From Pirellula staleyi DSM 6068 (GTDB lineage: Bacteria; Planctomycetota; Planctomycetia; Pirellulales; Pirellulaceae), in NCBI GenBank assembly GCA_000025185.1, contig CP001848.1:6000001-6032000 (forward strand): a stretch of DNA of 32,000 nucleotides, in the 5' to 3' direction. The position numbers and the translations under genes were made by a program. Shown here one piece after another: positions 6,879 to 15,297 of the stretch; within the stretch, counting starts at the first letter, position 1; the number at the start of each line of letters is the position of its first letter. The notes under the pieces are model-generated. The model was given only the letters and a program-made list of their open reading frames with translations. It made no database searches and had not been told where the DNA came from.

Positions 6879-8690
6879 ATGCCGGCTATTACGCTTCGTG
6901 AGCTTTCGATCGGATTTCGTGGCCCCCCTTTGCTCGACGGTGTTTCGTGCCTCATTGAGCCTGGCGATCGGATCGGCCTGTTGGGACGCAACGGCAGCGG
7001 CAAATCGACCCTCATGAAGCTGCTGATGGGGGAAGTGGAGCCCGATGCAGGTCAGGTGGTCCTCGCGCCGGGATTACGAATTGCTCGCCTAGAGCAAGAG
7101 GTCCCCCGCTCTCAAACTGGCACGGTGCGGGAAGTGGTGGCCGACGCCTTTGGCGACAGTGTCCACGACCAAGATCACAGCTGGAAGCACGAACATCAGC
7201 TCGAAAAAATTCTCGAGAACATGCAGCTCGATCCAACGCTGCGTTTTGAGGCTCTGTCGTCGGGGATGAAGCGCCGCGTGCTCCTGGCGCGCGCCCTTGT
7301 CTCGAGCCCCGACGTCCTGCTGCTCGACGAACCAACGAACCACCTCGACATCGATTCGATTGGCTGGATGGAAGAGCATCTCGCGCGCTGGAATGGCACG
7401 CTGCTGTTCGTCACACACGATCGAACGTTCCTACGGAAACTGGCCACACGCATTCTCGAAATCGATCGTGGCAAACTCTTCGACTGGACCTGCGACTACG
7501 ACACCTTTCTTGTCCGCAAAGAGCAAGCGCTTGCGGCCGAGGAAAAACAAAACGCCCTTTTCGATCGCAAATTGGCCGAGGAAGAAGTTTGGATTCGTCA
7601 GGGAGTCAAAGCCCGCCGCACACGCAACGAGGGACGTGTCCGCGCGCTCGAAGCGATGCGACGGACCCGCCAAGATCGACGCGAACAGCAAGGGAAAGTA
7701 CAGCTGCAGATTCAAGAATCGCAGCCCAGCGGTCAGCTCGTTGCCGAGGCCAAAGAGGTTTCGTTTGCCTACGATGGCCGCCCCATCATGAATCGATTCT
7801 CCTCCACCATCATGCGTGGCGATAAAATCGGCGTGATTGGCCGCAATGGCGCAGGTAAAACAACATTACTGCGCGTGCTGCTAGGGCAGCTGCAGCCGCA
7901 AGCGGGGAGTGTGAAGCTCGGAACCAACCTGAAAATCGCCTACTTCGATCAGCTCCGCCAACAGCTGAAAGAAGATGCAACGGTGCAAGAGAACGTCGGC
8001 GATGGCTACGACACGATCAAGACCGATCAAGGGAATCGGCACATCATCGGCTACTTGCAGGACTTTTTGTTTACGCCTGAACGGGCGCGGTCACTGGTCA
8101 AAGTCCTCTCGGGTGGTGAACGGAATCGAGTGCTCCTCGCCAAGCTGTTTGCTAAGCCGGCCAACGTGATTGTGCTCGACGAACCGACGAATGATCTCGA
8201 CGCTGAAACACTCGAGATGCTCGAAAGCCGACTTGTCGATTTCGATGGGACGGTGCTACTGGTGAGCCACGATCGCTCGTTCCTTAACAACGTGGTGACC
8301 AGCACGATTGTGTTTGAAGAGGATGGCGTGCGCGAGTATGTCGGGGGCTACGACGACTGGCAACGTCAGCGCAAACTAGCCAATTCGTCGGCAGGTGGGT
8401 CGAAAGGAAAGTCGAGCGCTAGTGACAAGAGCGTTGGAACATCGGCGGCCGCTGCGGCCAATGCACCGCTGAAAAAGAAGCTCTCCTTTAAAGAGAAACA
8501 AGAGCTCGACGCGCTTCCCAAGCTCATTGCAACGCTCGAAAGTTCCATCGCCAAAGCGCACGAGAAGATTGCGGAACCGACGTTCTATCAGCGTCCCAGC
8601 GGTGAGATCGCGACCGAAATGGACGCCCTTCGCAAGCTCGAAACGCAGCTCGAAGCCGCCTATGTCCGCTGGTCAGAACTCGAAAGCTAG
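6879..8690 (+). CDS. uup: ABC-F family ATPase, Uup-like (two ABC domains plus a C-terminal coiled-coil domain)
   Basis: 603 aa with the following motifs:
- Walker A GRNGSGKST and GRNGAGKTT
- signatures LSSGMKRR and LSGGERNR
- Walker B LLLDEPTNHLD and VIVLDEPTNDLD
It has no TM domain. The C-terminal LSFKEKQELDALP...coiled coil resembles Uup. Confidence 0.9.
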   Translation: MPAITLRELSIGFRGPPLLDGVSCLIEPGDRIGLLGRNGSGKSTLMKLLMGEVEPDAGQVVLAPGLRIARLEQEVPRSQTGTVREVVADAFGDSVHDQDHSWKHEHQLEKILENMQLDPTLRFEALSSGMKRRVLLARALVSSPDVLLLDEPTNHLDIDSIGWMEEHLARWNGTLLFVTHDRTFLRKLATRILEIDRGKLFDWTCDYDTFLVRKEQALAAEEKQNALFDRKLAEEEVWIRQGVKARRTRNEGRVRALEAMRRTRQDRREQQGKVQLQIQESQPSGQLVAEAKEVSFAYDGRPIMNRFSSTIMRGDKIGVIGRNGAGKTTLLRVLLGQLQPQAGSVKLGTNLKIAYFDQLRQQLKEDATVQENVGDGYDTIKTDQGNRHIIGYLQDFLFTPERARSLVKVLSGGERNRVLLAKLFAKPANVIVLDEPTNDLDAETLEMLESRLVDFDGTVLLVSHDRSFLNNVVTSTIVFEEDGVREYVGGYDDWQRQRKLANSSAGGSKGKSSASDKSVGTSAAAAANAPLKKKLSFKEKQELDALPKLIATLESSIAKAHEKIAEPTFYQRPSGEIATEMDALRKLETQLEAAYVRWSELES

Positions 8691-8701
8691 CGAGCTGCTT
8701 G

Positions 8702-10531
8702 CTACTTTTCTGCGAGATTGGTCCACGCGGGAAGCTGGCTCGTGAACGTCATCCGCTCGCGCGAGACGGGATGCTGGAACGACAGCTGATGCGCGAGCAA
8801 GCACAGGGGCGGATCATCGACCGTGTGCGTTTGTGTCGTCCCATGTTTTTGATCGGCAAGGTACGACTGCTCGCCCATGATCGGGTGACCTAGCTGCCAC
8901 AAGTGAACGCGAATTTGATTCGTGCGTCCTGTGATCGGCTGACAACGCACCAGCGCTACCGGCTTGCCATCGGCTGTGGTGGTCCGCGCAAGAACTTCAA
9001 ACCGCGTTTCGGCGGGGAGCCCCGCTTCTTCATCGACGCTGCGTGAGCCAAACACGCCCGCTTCGGCACTAATCGGGGCTGTGCTGACAAACCGATCTTC
9101 CACCGGATGGCCACTCACGAGCGCAAGATAGAACTTCTCCACCTTCCCTTGCGTGAACTGCTGCTGCAGCAGTTTTGCAAAATGGCGTGTGCGGGCAAAA
9201 AGAACGAGTCCCGACGTGTTGGCATCGAGTCGATGGACAGGCCGCGGCTTTTGAGGATCGTAGATCTCGCGCAAGATCCACTCGAGCGTATTGCGATGAA
9301 ATCGTCCGCTCGCATGCAGCGGCAACGGTGCTGGTTTATGCACGACCGCAATCGCTTCATCCTCATAGACCACGCGGATATCGACATTCACATCGGGCTC
9401 GATCGTGGCGGGCTGATGGTGCAGCACACGATCGCCTGCCTTCACCAGCGATTCGAGCACCATTGGCTGATGGTCGCTTGTGCGCAAACGTCCTTCGCCA
9501 GCGATTTGAGCCCACTCGTCGCGCGGCACATGCGGAAGAATTCCCGCTAGGAATTCAATCACCGGCTTGCCGTCATATTCCTGAGGAACACGAAGCGGGC
9601 GATCGTTGTCGTACGGCATACTTCCCGGAAGAGGCGATACGAGTCGAGCGATCGCGGCCTCGCGCGCTTGACACGCGCGCTCGCGCTGCTGCTCGGTGCT
9701 GACATAGCAATACGGGCACGATTTACACGGGACATATCGCTCGTCGAGTGTCTCTTCATGCGTCAGTGGTGCCTGGCACGCATAGCAAAGATTCGTCTCG
9801 GTCTCTTCCAGCGAAGGATCGACGCCGACGCGCTGATCGAACACAAAACACTCGCCATCGTAGTGAGCGCCGCCACACTCCTCGAAATATTTCAGGATTC
9901 CACCATCGAGCTGATAGACCTGCTGATAACCTTCTCGCTGCATCAGCGGCCCCGCCTTTTCGCACCGAATACCGCCGGTGCAAAACATCACAATCGGCTG
10001 CTCCTTGAGTTCTTCGGGAAGCTGCAAAATGGCTTGCGGAAAATCTCGAAAATGTGTGATCCCCACATCTTTGGCGCCGCGAAAAGTTCCGAGCTTCACT
10101 TCGTAGTCGTTGCGCGTATCGAGCAGCGTGACAGGCCTTCCTTCATCGAGCCACGACTTCAGCTCTTGCGGAGAAAGCTTCGGCGAGGGACGTCGCGCTG
10201 GATCAATCCCTTCCACCCCAAACGCGATGATCTCTTTCTTGATCCGTACCAACATACGTGTGAAAGGCTGATGCTCGCTTTCGCTGTATTTCACCGTCAA
10301 CTCGGCAAGTCCCGGAATCAAACGCAGCCGCGTCACCAGTACCTCGATCGCCTCGCGACTGCCGGCCACAAACAGGTTGATCCCCTCGGTGCTCAGCAGG
10401 ATCGTTCCCTTCAGATTCGCGCGTTTGCAGTGGGCCAGCAGTTCTTCGCGCAGTTCTTTGAGTCCCTCGAGCGGGGCGAACTTGTAAGCAGCGATATTCA
10501 CGACCGTTGACATCGAACCACTCGTTTTCAT
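8702..10531 (-). CDS. Fusion protein: TrhO/YceA-type rhodanese-domain tRNA U34 hydroxylase (UPF0176) plus RluA-family pseudouridine synthase
   Basis: The N-terminal half matches the YceA/TrhO pattern (AAYKF..., STEGINLFV, active-site FCTGGIRCEKA, Cys-rich CYAC...CKSCPYC tail). The C-terminal half has the RluA motif HRLDANTSGLVLFART and ...GRTNQIRVH. The ORF is open to 10777, but I place the start at an ATG at 10531 (alternatives at 10546 and 10513), just before the conserved N-terminus. Confidence 0.8.
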   Translation of the reverse strand: MKTSGSMSTVVNIAAYKFAPLEGLKELREELLAHCKRANLKGTILLSTEGINLFVAGSREAIEVLVTRLRLIPGLAELTVKYSESEHQPFTRMLVRIKKEIIAFGVEGIDPARRPSPKLSPQELKSWLDEGRPVTLLDTRNDYEVKLGTFRGAKDVGITHFRDFPQAILQLPEELKEQPIVMFCTGGIRCEKAGPLMQREGYQQVYQLDGGILKYFEECGGAHYDGECFVFDQRVGVDPSLEETETNLCYACQAPLTHEETLDERYVPCKSCPYCYVSTEQQRERACQAREAAIARLVSPLPGSMPYDNDRPLRVPQEYDGKPVIEFLAGILPHVPRDEWAQIAGEGRLRTSDHQPMVLESLVKAGDRVLHHQPATIEPDVNVDIRVVYEDEAIAVVHKPAPLPLHASGRFHRNTLEWILREIYDPQKPRPVHRLDANTSGLVLFARTRHFAKLLQQQFTQGKVEKFYLALVSGHPVEDRFVSTAPISAEAGVFGSRSVDEEAGLPAETRFEVLARTTTADGKPVALVRCQPITGRTNQIRVHLWQLGHPIMGEQSYLADQKHGTTQTHTVDDPPLCLLAHQLSFQHPVSRERMTFTSQLPAWTNLAEK

Positions 10532-10821
10532 TTCCACTTGGCGCATCTCGCCAGCATGGGGTTTCAAAGCAGTGCCAAACTTCAAGAATACTGAAAAAGA
10601 CCGCTTTGCGGCAGTCCATTCCCGTCGAGTTGCTCCGCAAGATTGTGGTGAGCGGCTGCACCGCAACACTTTCGATCGCGCGTAAAAACCATTATGCTTC
10701 TGAGCGAAATAGCACGATTTCTGAGCCACTGCTGGGAGCGAAGAAAAGCTCGCTCTCACCTGCCAGTGGCAACACACGTTGCGCTAGCCTACCCCACGTA
10801 CCTGTTTTCAAGGATTTCTCC

Positions 10822-12861
10822 ATGCGACGTTTGTGGCCAAGTGCCTGTGCCCTACTGGGCACCCTCGCGATTTCGCTCACTTCGCTAGCGGCTGAAAAGC
10901 CAGCGACCGAGGTGGAAGGTTTCACTTACCCCGAGTCGATTTGCTACGGCTTCGACGGCAACCTCTACGTCACTGAAATTGGCAAGCCAGGGACCAAGGG
11001 GGATGGTGGTGTCTCGGTGATTAAGAACGGCAAACGCGAAGCGTTTGCGACCGGGCTCGACGATCCGAAAGGGCTCTGCTTTTTTCGCGACGCGCTCTAC
11101 CTGACCGATGTCACCAAAGTCGTCAAGATCGATGCCAGTGGCAAAACTTCGGTCTACAAGGCCGAAGGAGATTTTCCAACCGCTCCACTTTATCTTAACG
11201 ACATCGCTGTCGACGCTGGCAACGGCATCATCCTACTCAGCGATTCGGGCATCGACGGTAAGGGGGCTGCCGCTTATCGCATCGATGTTCGCCTGAACAA
11301 GATCGAGCAGATGGCCAGCGCTGAAGTGATCCCTGGTCTCACCAAGGCTAATGGTGTGGCATTCGATGGTTCGTCGCACATGCTGCTGGCCGACATGGGA
11401 ACCGGCACCCTCTATCGCGTTCGATTTCACGACAAAAACGTCGAGAAAGTGGCCGAAGGTTTGCCAGGAGCCGATGGGCTCATCTGGGACCACTTTGGTC
11501 GCCTGTTTGTCACTAGCTGGACCACCGGCAAGGTGTTTGGCATTCCACGTCCCGGTGTTGCTCCCATCCTGATTGGCGAGGGGCTGCAATCGGCTGCCGA
11601 TGGTTGCCTAGCAGCCAGTGGCGACGCGCTGCTGATCCCCGACATGAAGTCGGGCGTGATCACCAAACTGTCGACCACCATCGCAGGCTGGGAAGTAAAC
11701 ACCAAGCCACTCGATGTGCACCTCGAAGTTGCCTACCCAACCTTGAAGTGGGATCAGTGGGACGATGGTAGCGAGAGTGGCCAGGTGGTTCCATTTCGGC
11801 CAATTTTCCTGACCCATTCGGGCGACGGCACGAAGCGAACCTTTGTCGGTGAACAGCACGGCAAAATTCATGTGCTCGATAGTCGCGATGATGCTGCTGG
11901 TTCGAAGGTGTTTCTCGATATCGAGAAAAAAGTGCGCTACGCCGATAAGCAGAACGAAGAAGGTTTGCTCGGTCTCGCGTTCTCGCCAAAATATAAAGAA
12001 AATGGCGAATTTTATGTGTTTTACACCGATGTCGGCGCCAAGATGGAAAATGTCATCAGCCGCTTTCGAGTGAGCAAGAATGATCCGAACGTCGCCGATC
12101 CCGCGAGTGAAGAAGAGATCTTGCGTGTCGAGCGTCCGTTCTGGAATCACGACGGTGGGACGCTGGCCTTCGGTCCCGATGGCTACCTTTACATCGCGCT
12201 CGGCGATGGTGGCTCGGGTGGCGATCCGATGGAAAATGGCCAGAACACGAATGTGTTGCTCGGCAAGATTTTGCGTCTCGATGTCAGCCGCAAGGCCGAT
12301 GGCAAGAACTACGCAATTCCCTCCGACAATCCGTTTGTGGGCAAGGCCAATCATCGCGGCGAGATTTGGGCCTATGGCATTCGCAACATTTGGCGCATGG
12401 CCTTTGACAGCAAGACCGGAACGCTCTGGGCGGGCGAAGTCGGACAGAATCTGTTTGAAGAGATTTTCATCGTCACCAAGGGAGCTAACTTCGGCTGGAA
12501 TGTGCGCGAAGCACTGCATCCGTTTGGCAACAAAGGTGTGGGACCTCAAGAGGGTTTGACCGATCCAATTTGGGAATACCACCACGACCTCGGTCGCAGC
12601 ATCACCGGTGGTGGTGTCTATCGTGGCAAAGCTGTTCCCGAACTAGATGGCTACTACATCTATGCCGACTATGTGTCGAACAAGATGTGGGCACTGAAGT
12701 ACGACGAAGCTCAGAAACGAGTGGTAGAGAATCGTCCGATTAACATGCCGACCGTTAATCCGATGTCGTTTGGTGAAGACGATAACGGAGAACTCTTCGT
12801 CATGGGGGCAAGCCCCACAGGACGTGGCATCTATCGCTTCAAGAGCGGGGCGGCGAAATAG
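10822..12861 (+). CDS. Secreted two-domain protein: SMP-30/gluconolactonase/LRE-like beta-propeller plus PQQ-dependent (soluble) sugar dehydrogenase domain
   Basis: I set the start at ATG 10822, which gives the signal peptide MRRLWPSACALLGTLAISLTSLAAE. The ORF track's 10507 start adds 105 implausible residues. The N-terminal half has propeller motifs (GNLYVTE, ANGVAFD, GADGLIWDHFGRLFVTSW). The C-terminal half has sGDH motifs (HDGGTLAFGPDGYLYIALGDGG, GKILRLD, NPF, YGIRNIWRMAFD, GANFGWN). Confidence 0.8.
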   Translation: MRRLWPSACALLGTLAISLTSLAAEKPATEVEGFTYPESICYGFDGNLYVTEIGKPGTKGDGGVSVIKNGKREAFATGLDDPKGLCFFRDALYLTDVTKVVKIDASGKTSVYKAEGDFPTAPLYLNDIAVDAGNGIILLSDSGIDGKGAAAYRIDVRLNKIEQMASAEVIPGLTKANGVAFDGSSHMLLADMGTGTLYRVRFHDKNVEKVAEGLPGADGLIWDHFGRLFVTSWTTGKVFGIPRPGVAPILIGEGLQSAADGCLAASGDALLIPDMKSGVITKLSTTIAGWEVNTKPLDVHLEVAYPTLKWDQWDDGSESGQVVPFRPIFLTHSGDGTKRTFVGEQHGKIHVLDSRDDAAGSKVFLDIEKKVRYADKQNEEGLLGLAFSPKYKENGEFYVFYTDVGAKMENVISRFRVSKNDPNVADPASEEEILRVERPFWNHDGGTLAFGPDGYLYIALGDGGSGGDPMENGQNTNVLLGKILRLDVSRKADGKNYAIPSDNPFVGKANHRGEIWAYGIRNIWRMAFDSKTGTLWAGEVGQNLFEEIFIVTKGANFGWNVREALHPFGNKGVGPQEGLTDPIWEYHHDLGRSITGGGVYRGKAVPELDGYYIYADYVSNKMWALKYDEAQKRVVENRPINMPTVNPMSFGEDDNGELFVMGASPTGRGIYRFKSGAAK

Positions 12862-12931
12862 GCCTTCACGTGACCAGGACTGTATGGTGCAAGTTCACCT
12901 GACAAATCTTGCAACATTCGATTTAGCCTCG

Positions 12932-12974
12932 GGGCCTTGGTGAGTGAGCGATCACTTGCCAAGGCCCTTTTTTT
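12932..12974 (+). terminator. Rho-independent terminator after the dehydrogenase gene, sitting between convergent genes
   Basis: The 9-bp perfect stem GGGCCTTGG (12932-12940) / CCAAGGCCC (12959-12967) has an inner AGTGA/TCACT extension and is followed by T7 (12968-12974). Confidence 0.8.
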
Positions 12975-12989
12975 GCATAGTGTCGGCGA

Positions 12990-14312
12990 CTATTTCGGCG
13001 AGGAATAGTCGTGCAGTCCACGCATGCGACGCTCGAAATAGATGCCACAAAACAAGAGGCAAATGGTCGAAACTACAACCACGAGCCAACTTGCAGTGGC
13101 GAGAAAATCGTAGAAGTTGACCTTCGGCGAAGCAAAGTTTTTTACCAGCATCACCACGACATAACCGAGGTAGCCCACGGCGTCGGCCACGTAGAGCAAA
13201 AATCCCACATTGCCACGATCGCGCGTCATGGCGATCAGCCGCTCGAACACGGTGGTGTGCACGGCGACGTAGGGTAAATAAAGTCCTAGCCCCAGGAGTG
13301 TCATGACGACAAAACCGTCGATCAGGTCAGCCGAGCGAAGCACCAGCGCCAGAGCGACCAACATCATGCCACCGCCAGAGACAGCCAGCGATGCAAAAAA
13401 AGCATAGCGATTGCTTCGAATGAAAACCGATAAGCCATTCACCAGCACGACGCCGAGCGCGACAATCATCTCCGATTGCCAGAAGTCGGCCGGTTCTGCT
13501 GGCTGGCCAAACGATTGCCAAATTTCGCGTGCAAAATCGGAACGTACGCTTCGCAGCACGGTGATGAGCAAGTAGACGAGCACAAGGAGCCCGAGGCCGA
13601 TGCCGTAGCGATGCAGGAACGACGAGCGATCGGCGGCGGTCATCGGGAGTCGTTCGCTACGATGCTCTATATCATGCGTTGTCGGGGGCTGAATTCGGCT
13701 GAGCATCGCGACGAAGATCAGCAGCGGAATGATGAACAAAAGCCCCGCGACAAAAGGCATCCAAAACTCGCTGATCCCTTGGGACAAAAGCCAGCTTCCC
13801 ACGGCCTTCGTAGCACCGTCGGCCAAAATAAAACTAGCACAAAGTCCCGCCGAGAGCGCCTCGGTTAGGGAGCGTCCTTCGAGAAACCCAAGGACGAGAC
13901 CAAAGACCATGCCTAGCGAAAGACCGTTGGCAAACAGCAGTAGCGGCTTCAGCGCGAACGGGACAATCGCAAAAAAGAGCAGCGCGACATGCGCAATGCC
14001 AATCAGCAGCAAAATGCCGACAGCGCGTCGCGCGGGTGTCATTTCCGCGATCACTTTGATGCCGATAAATTTCGCTGTCGCGTACCCTAGCACTTGCGCT
14101 ACGACAAGCATCACTTTGAGGTTCACCCCCCAGTAGACCATGTCTTTAAACGCGGCAGCGGCAAACGGCTTGCGGAATGCATACATACAAAAGTAGGCAC
14201 CAAAGGCGGCAGTCACCGCCCACGCGGCAGTCACCAAAGTGCGTCTCCACGACTCCTGGTTCGTCGGTGGTGTCGCTAAAGTTGGTGGAAGAATTGAGTT
14301 CACAATCGCCAT
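12990..14312 (-). CDS. 12-TM MFS-like transporter of uncharacterised family (possibly the family annotated DUF5690; unverified)
   Basis: 440 aa. I count 6+6 hydrophobic helices separated by a charged central loop (RIQPPTTHDIEHRSERLPMTAADRSS). The gene is divergent from the PhnZ-like gene. Confidence 0.7.
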   Translation of the reverse strand: MAIVNSILPPTLATPPTNQESWRRTLVTAAWAVTAAFGAYFCMYAFRKPFAAAAFKDMVYWGVNLKVMLVVAQVLGYATAKFIGIKVIAEMTPARRAVGILLLIGIAHVALLFFAIVPFALKPLLLFANGLSLGMVFGLVLGFLEGRSLTEALSAGLCASFILADGATKAVGSWLLSQGISEFWMPFVAGLLFIIPLLIFVAMLSRIQPPTTHDIEHRSERLPMTAADRSSFLHRYGIGLGLLVLVYLLITVLRSVRSDFAREIWQSFGQPAEPADFWQSEMIVALGVVLVNGLSVFIRSNRYAFFASLAVSGGGMMLVALALVLRSADLIDGFVVMTLLGLGLYLPYVAVHTTVFERLIAMTRDRGNVGFLLYVADAVGYLGYVVVMLVKNFASPKVNFYDFLATASWLVVVVSTICLLFCGIYFERRMRGLHDYSSPK

Positions 14313-14335
14313 GCTTACAAAGAGTCGTGGAGCGA

Positions 14336-14439
14336 ACTAGCGAGCAACACGCACCGCACTATAATCGAGCAAATGCCAGGATTTTTGTGCTAGACAGCCA
14401 TCTTCACCGAATCTTTTTGAGTCCACTAGCGAGCAACAC
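14336..14439. promoter_or_regulatory. Divergent control region with a perfect 15-bp direct repeat and a consensus -10 hexamer
   Basis: ACTAGCGAGCAACAC occurs at 14336-14350 and again at 14425-14439. A third partial copy, CGAGCAA, lies at 14366-14372. TATAAT lies at 14360-14365 on the + strand. Confidence 0.5.
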
Positions 14440-14466
14440 AGCTACAGCATAACGAAGAGTTAAACC

Positions 14467-15036
14467 ATGTCGAACGAAGTGACGAGTGACGAGCGGATTG
14501 CCAAGGTGAAGCGGTTGTTCGAAGCTGCTGGTAGCAGCCGCTACGGTGGTGAAGCGATTTCGCAACTCGAACACGCGCTGCAAGCTGCCATGTTTGCCGA
14601 GAAGAGTGGCGCACCTTCCACCCTCATCGCTGCAGCCTTGCTTCACGACATCGGTCACCTGCTACATGCCCTGCCTGACGATGCTCCCGATCAAGGGATC
14701 GACGATCTGCACGAAGAACTCGGAGGGCGATGGCTCGCCAAATATTTTGCCCCCGAGGTGGTTGAGCCAGTTCGTTTGCACGTCGCTTCGAAGCGTTACT
14801 TGTGCACAGCCGATGCAGCATATTACGAGCTCCTAAGTGGTCCCTCACGACAAAGCCTGGCTCTTCAAGGTGGCCCAATGACTGCCGATGAGGCCCGCAA
14901 GTTCGAAGCACACCCCCACTTTCAGCATGCCGTGGCACTGCGACGCTGGGATGAGCAAGCGAAGATTCCGCACCTCGAGACACCCCCGCTAGAGCACTAC
15001 TTGCCACTTCTCGCTGCGGGATTGCTCGCTAGCTAG
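14467..15036 (+). CDS. phnZ: HD-domain phosphohydrolase-fold protein, PhnZ-like mixed-valent di-iron oxygenase (phosphonate C-P cleavage family)
   Basis: 189 aa. YGGEAISQLEHALQAAMFAEKSGA...AAALLHDIGHLL, RLHVASKRYLC and LRRWDEQAK closely follow the PhnZ pattern as I remember it. The HD motif is visible directly. Confidence 0.65.
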   Translation: MSNEVTSDERIAKVKRLFEAAGSSRYGGEAISQLEHALQAAMFAEKSGAPSTLIAAALLHDIGHLLHALPDDAPDQGIDDLHEELGGRWLAKYFAPEVVEPVRLHVASKRYLCTADAAYYELLSGPSRQSLALQGGPMTADEARKFEAHPHFQHAVALRRWDEQAKIPHLETPPLEHYLPLLAAGLLAS

Positions 15037-15297
15037 CGGCGTGTAGTGCGAAATCTATTAGCAACGGAGGGAAAAACAGCCGATGGAAGGTGATAGGCCG
15101 GTGGTGACGACTGCACCTACTGCCAATCAACAGCAACTGCTTACCAACTGTCGCTGCTGCCTAAAATCAACTGCAAGCTGCTCGCGAATGCATTCCGATG
15201 GGTATCCCCTGCTGACCGAAGCGGCTGCAATTGACGCCGCCCCCCCGAGCTAGAACAATAGAGGGTTGATTAGTCACTCGCACTTTCCACGTAGTCA

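Noticed and set aside
9668-10510. 280-aa plus-strand ORF inside the TrhO-RluA gene
   Set aside because: It is antisense to a gene with strong rhodanese and RluA motifs and is a shadow ORF.
10532-10821. N-terminal extensions of both divergent ORFs (8702-10777 minus; 10507-12861 plus), which would overlap each other
   Set aside because: The extensions encode non-conserved-looking, Cys/Arg-rich sequence. The conserved TrhO N-terminus and the signal peptide of the dehydrogenase begin at internal ATGs (10531 and 10822). I treat the region as a divergent promoter.
11608-12585. 325-aa minus-strand ORF within the dehydrogenase gene
   Set aside because: It is antisense to clear PQQ-dehydrogenase motifs and I judge it a shadow ORF.
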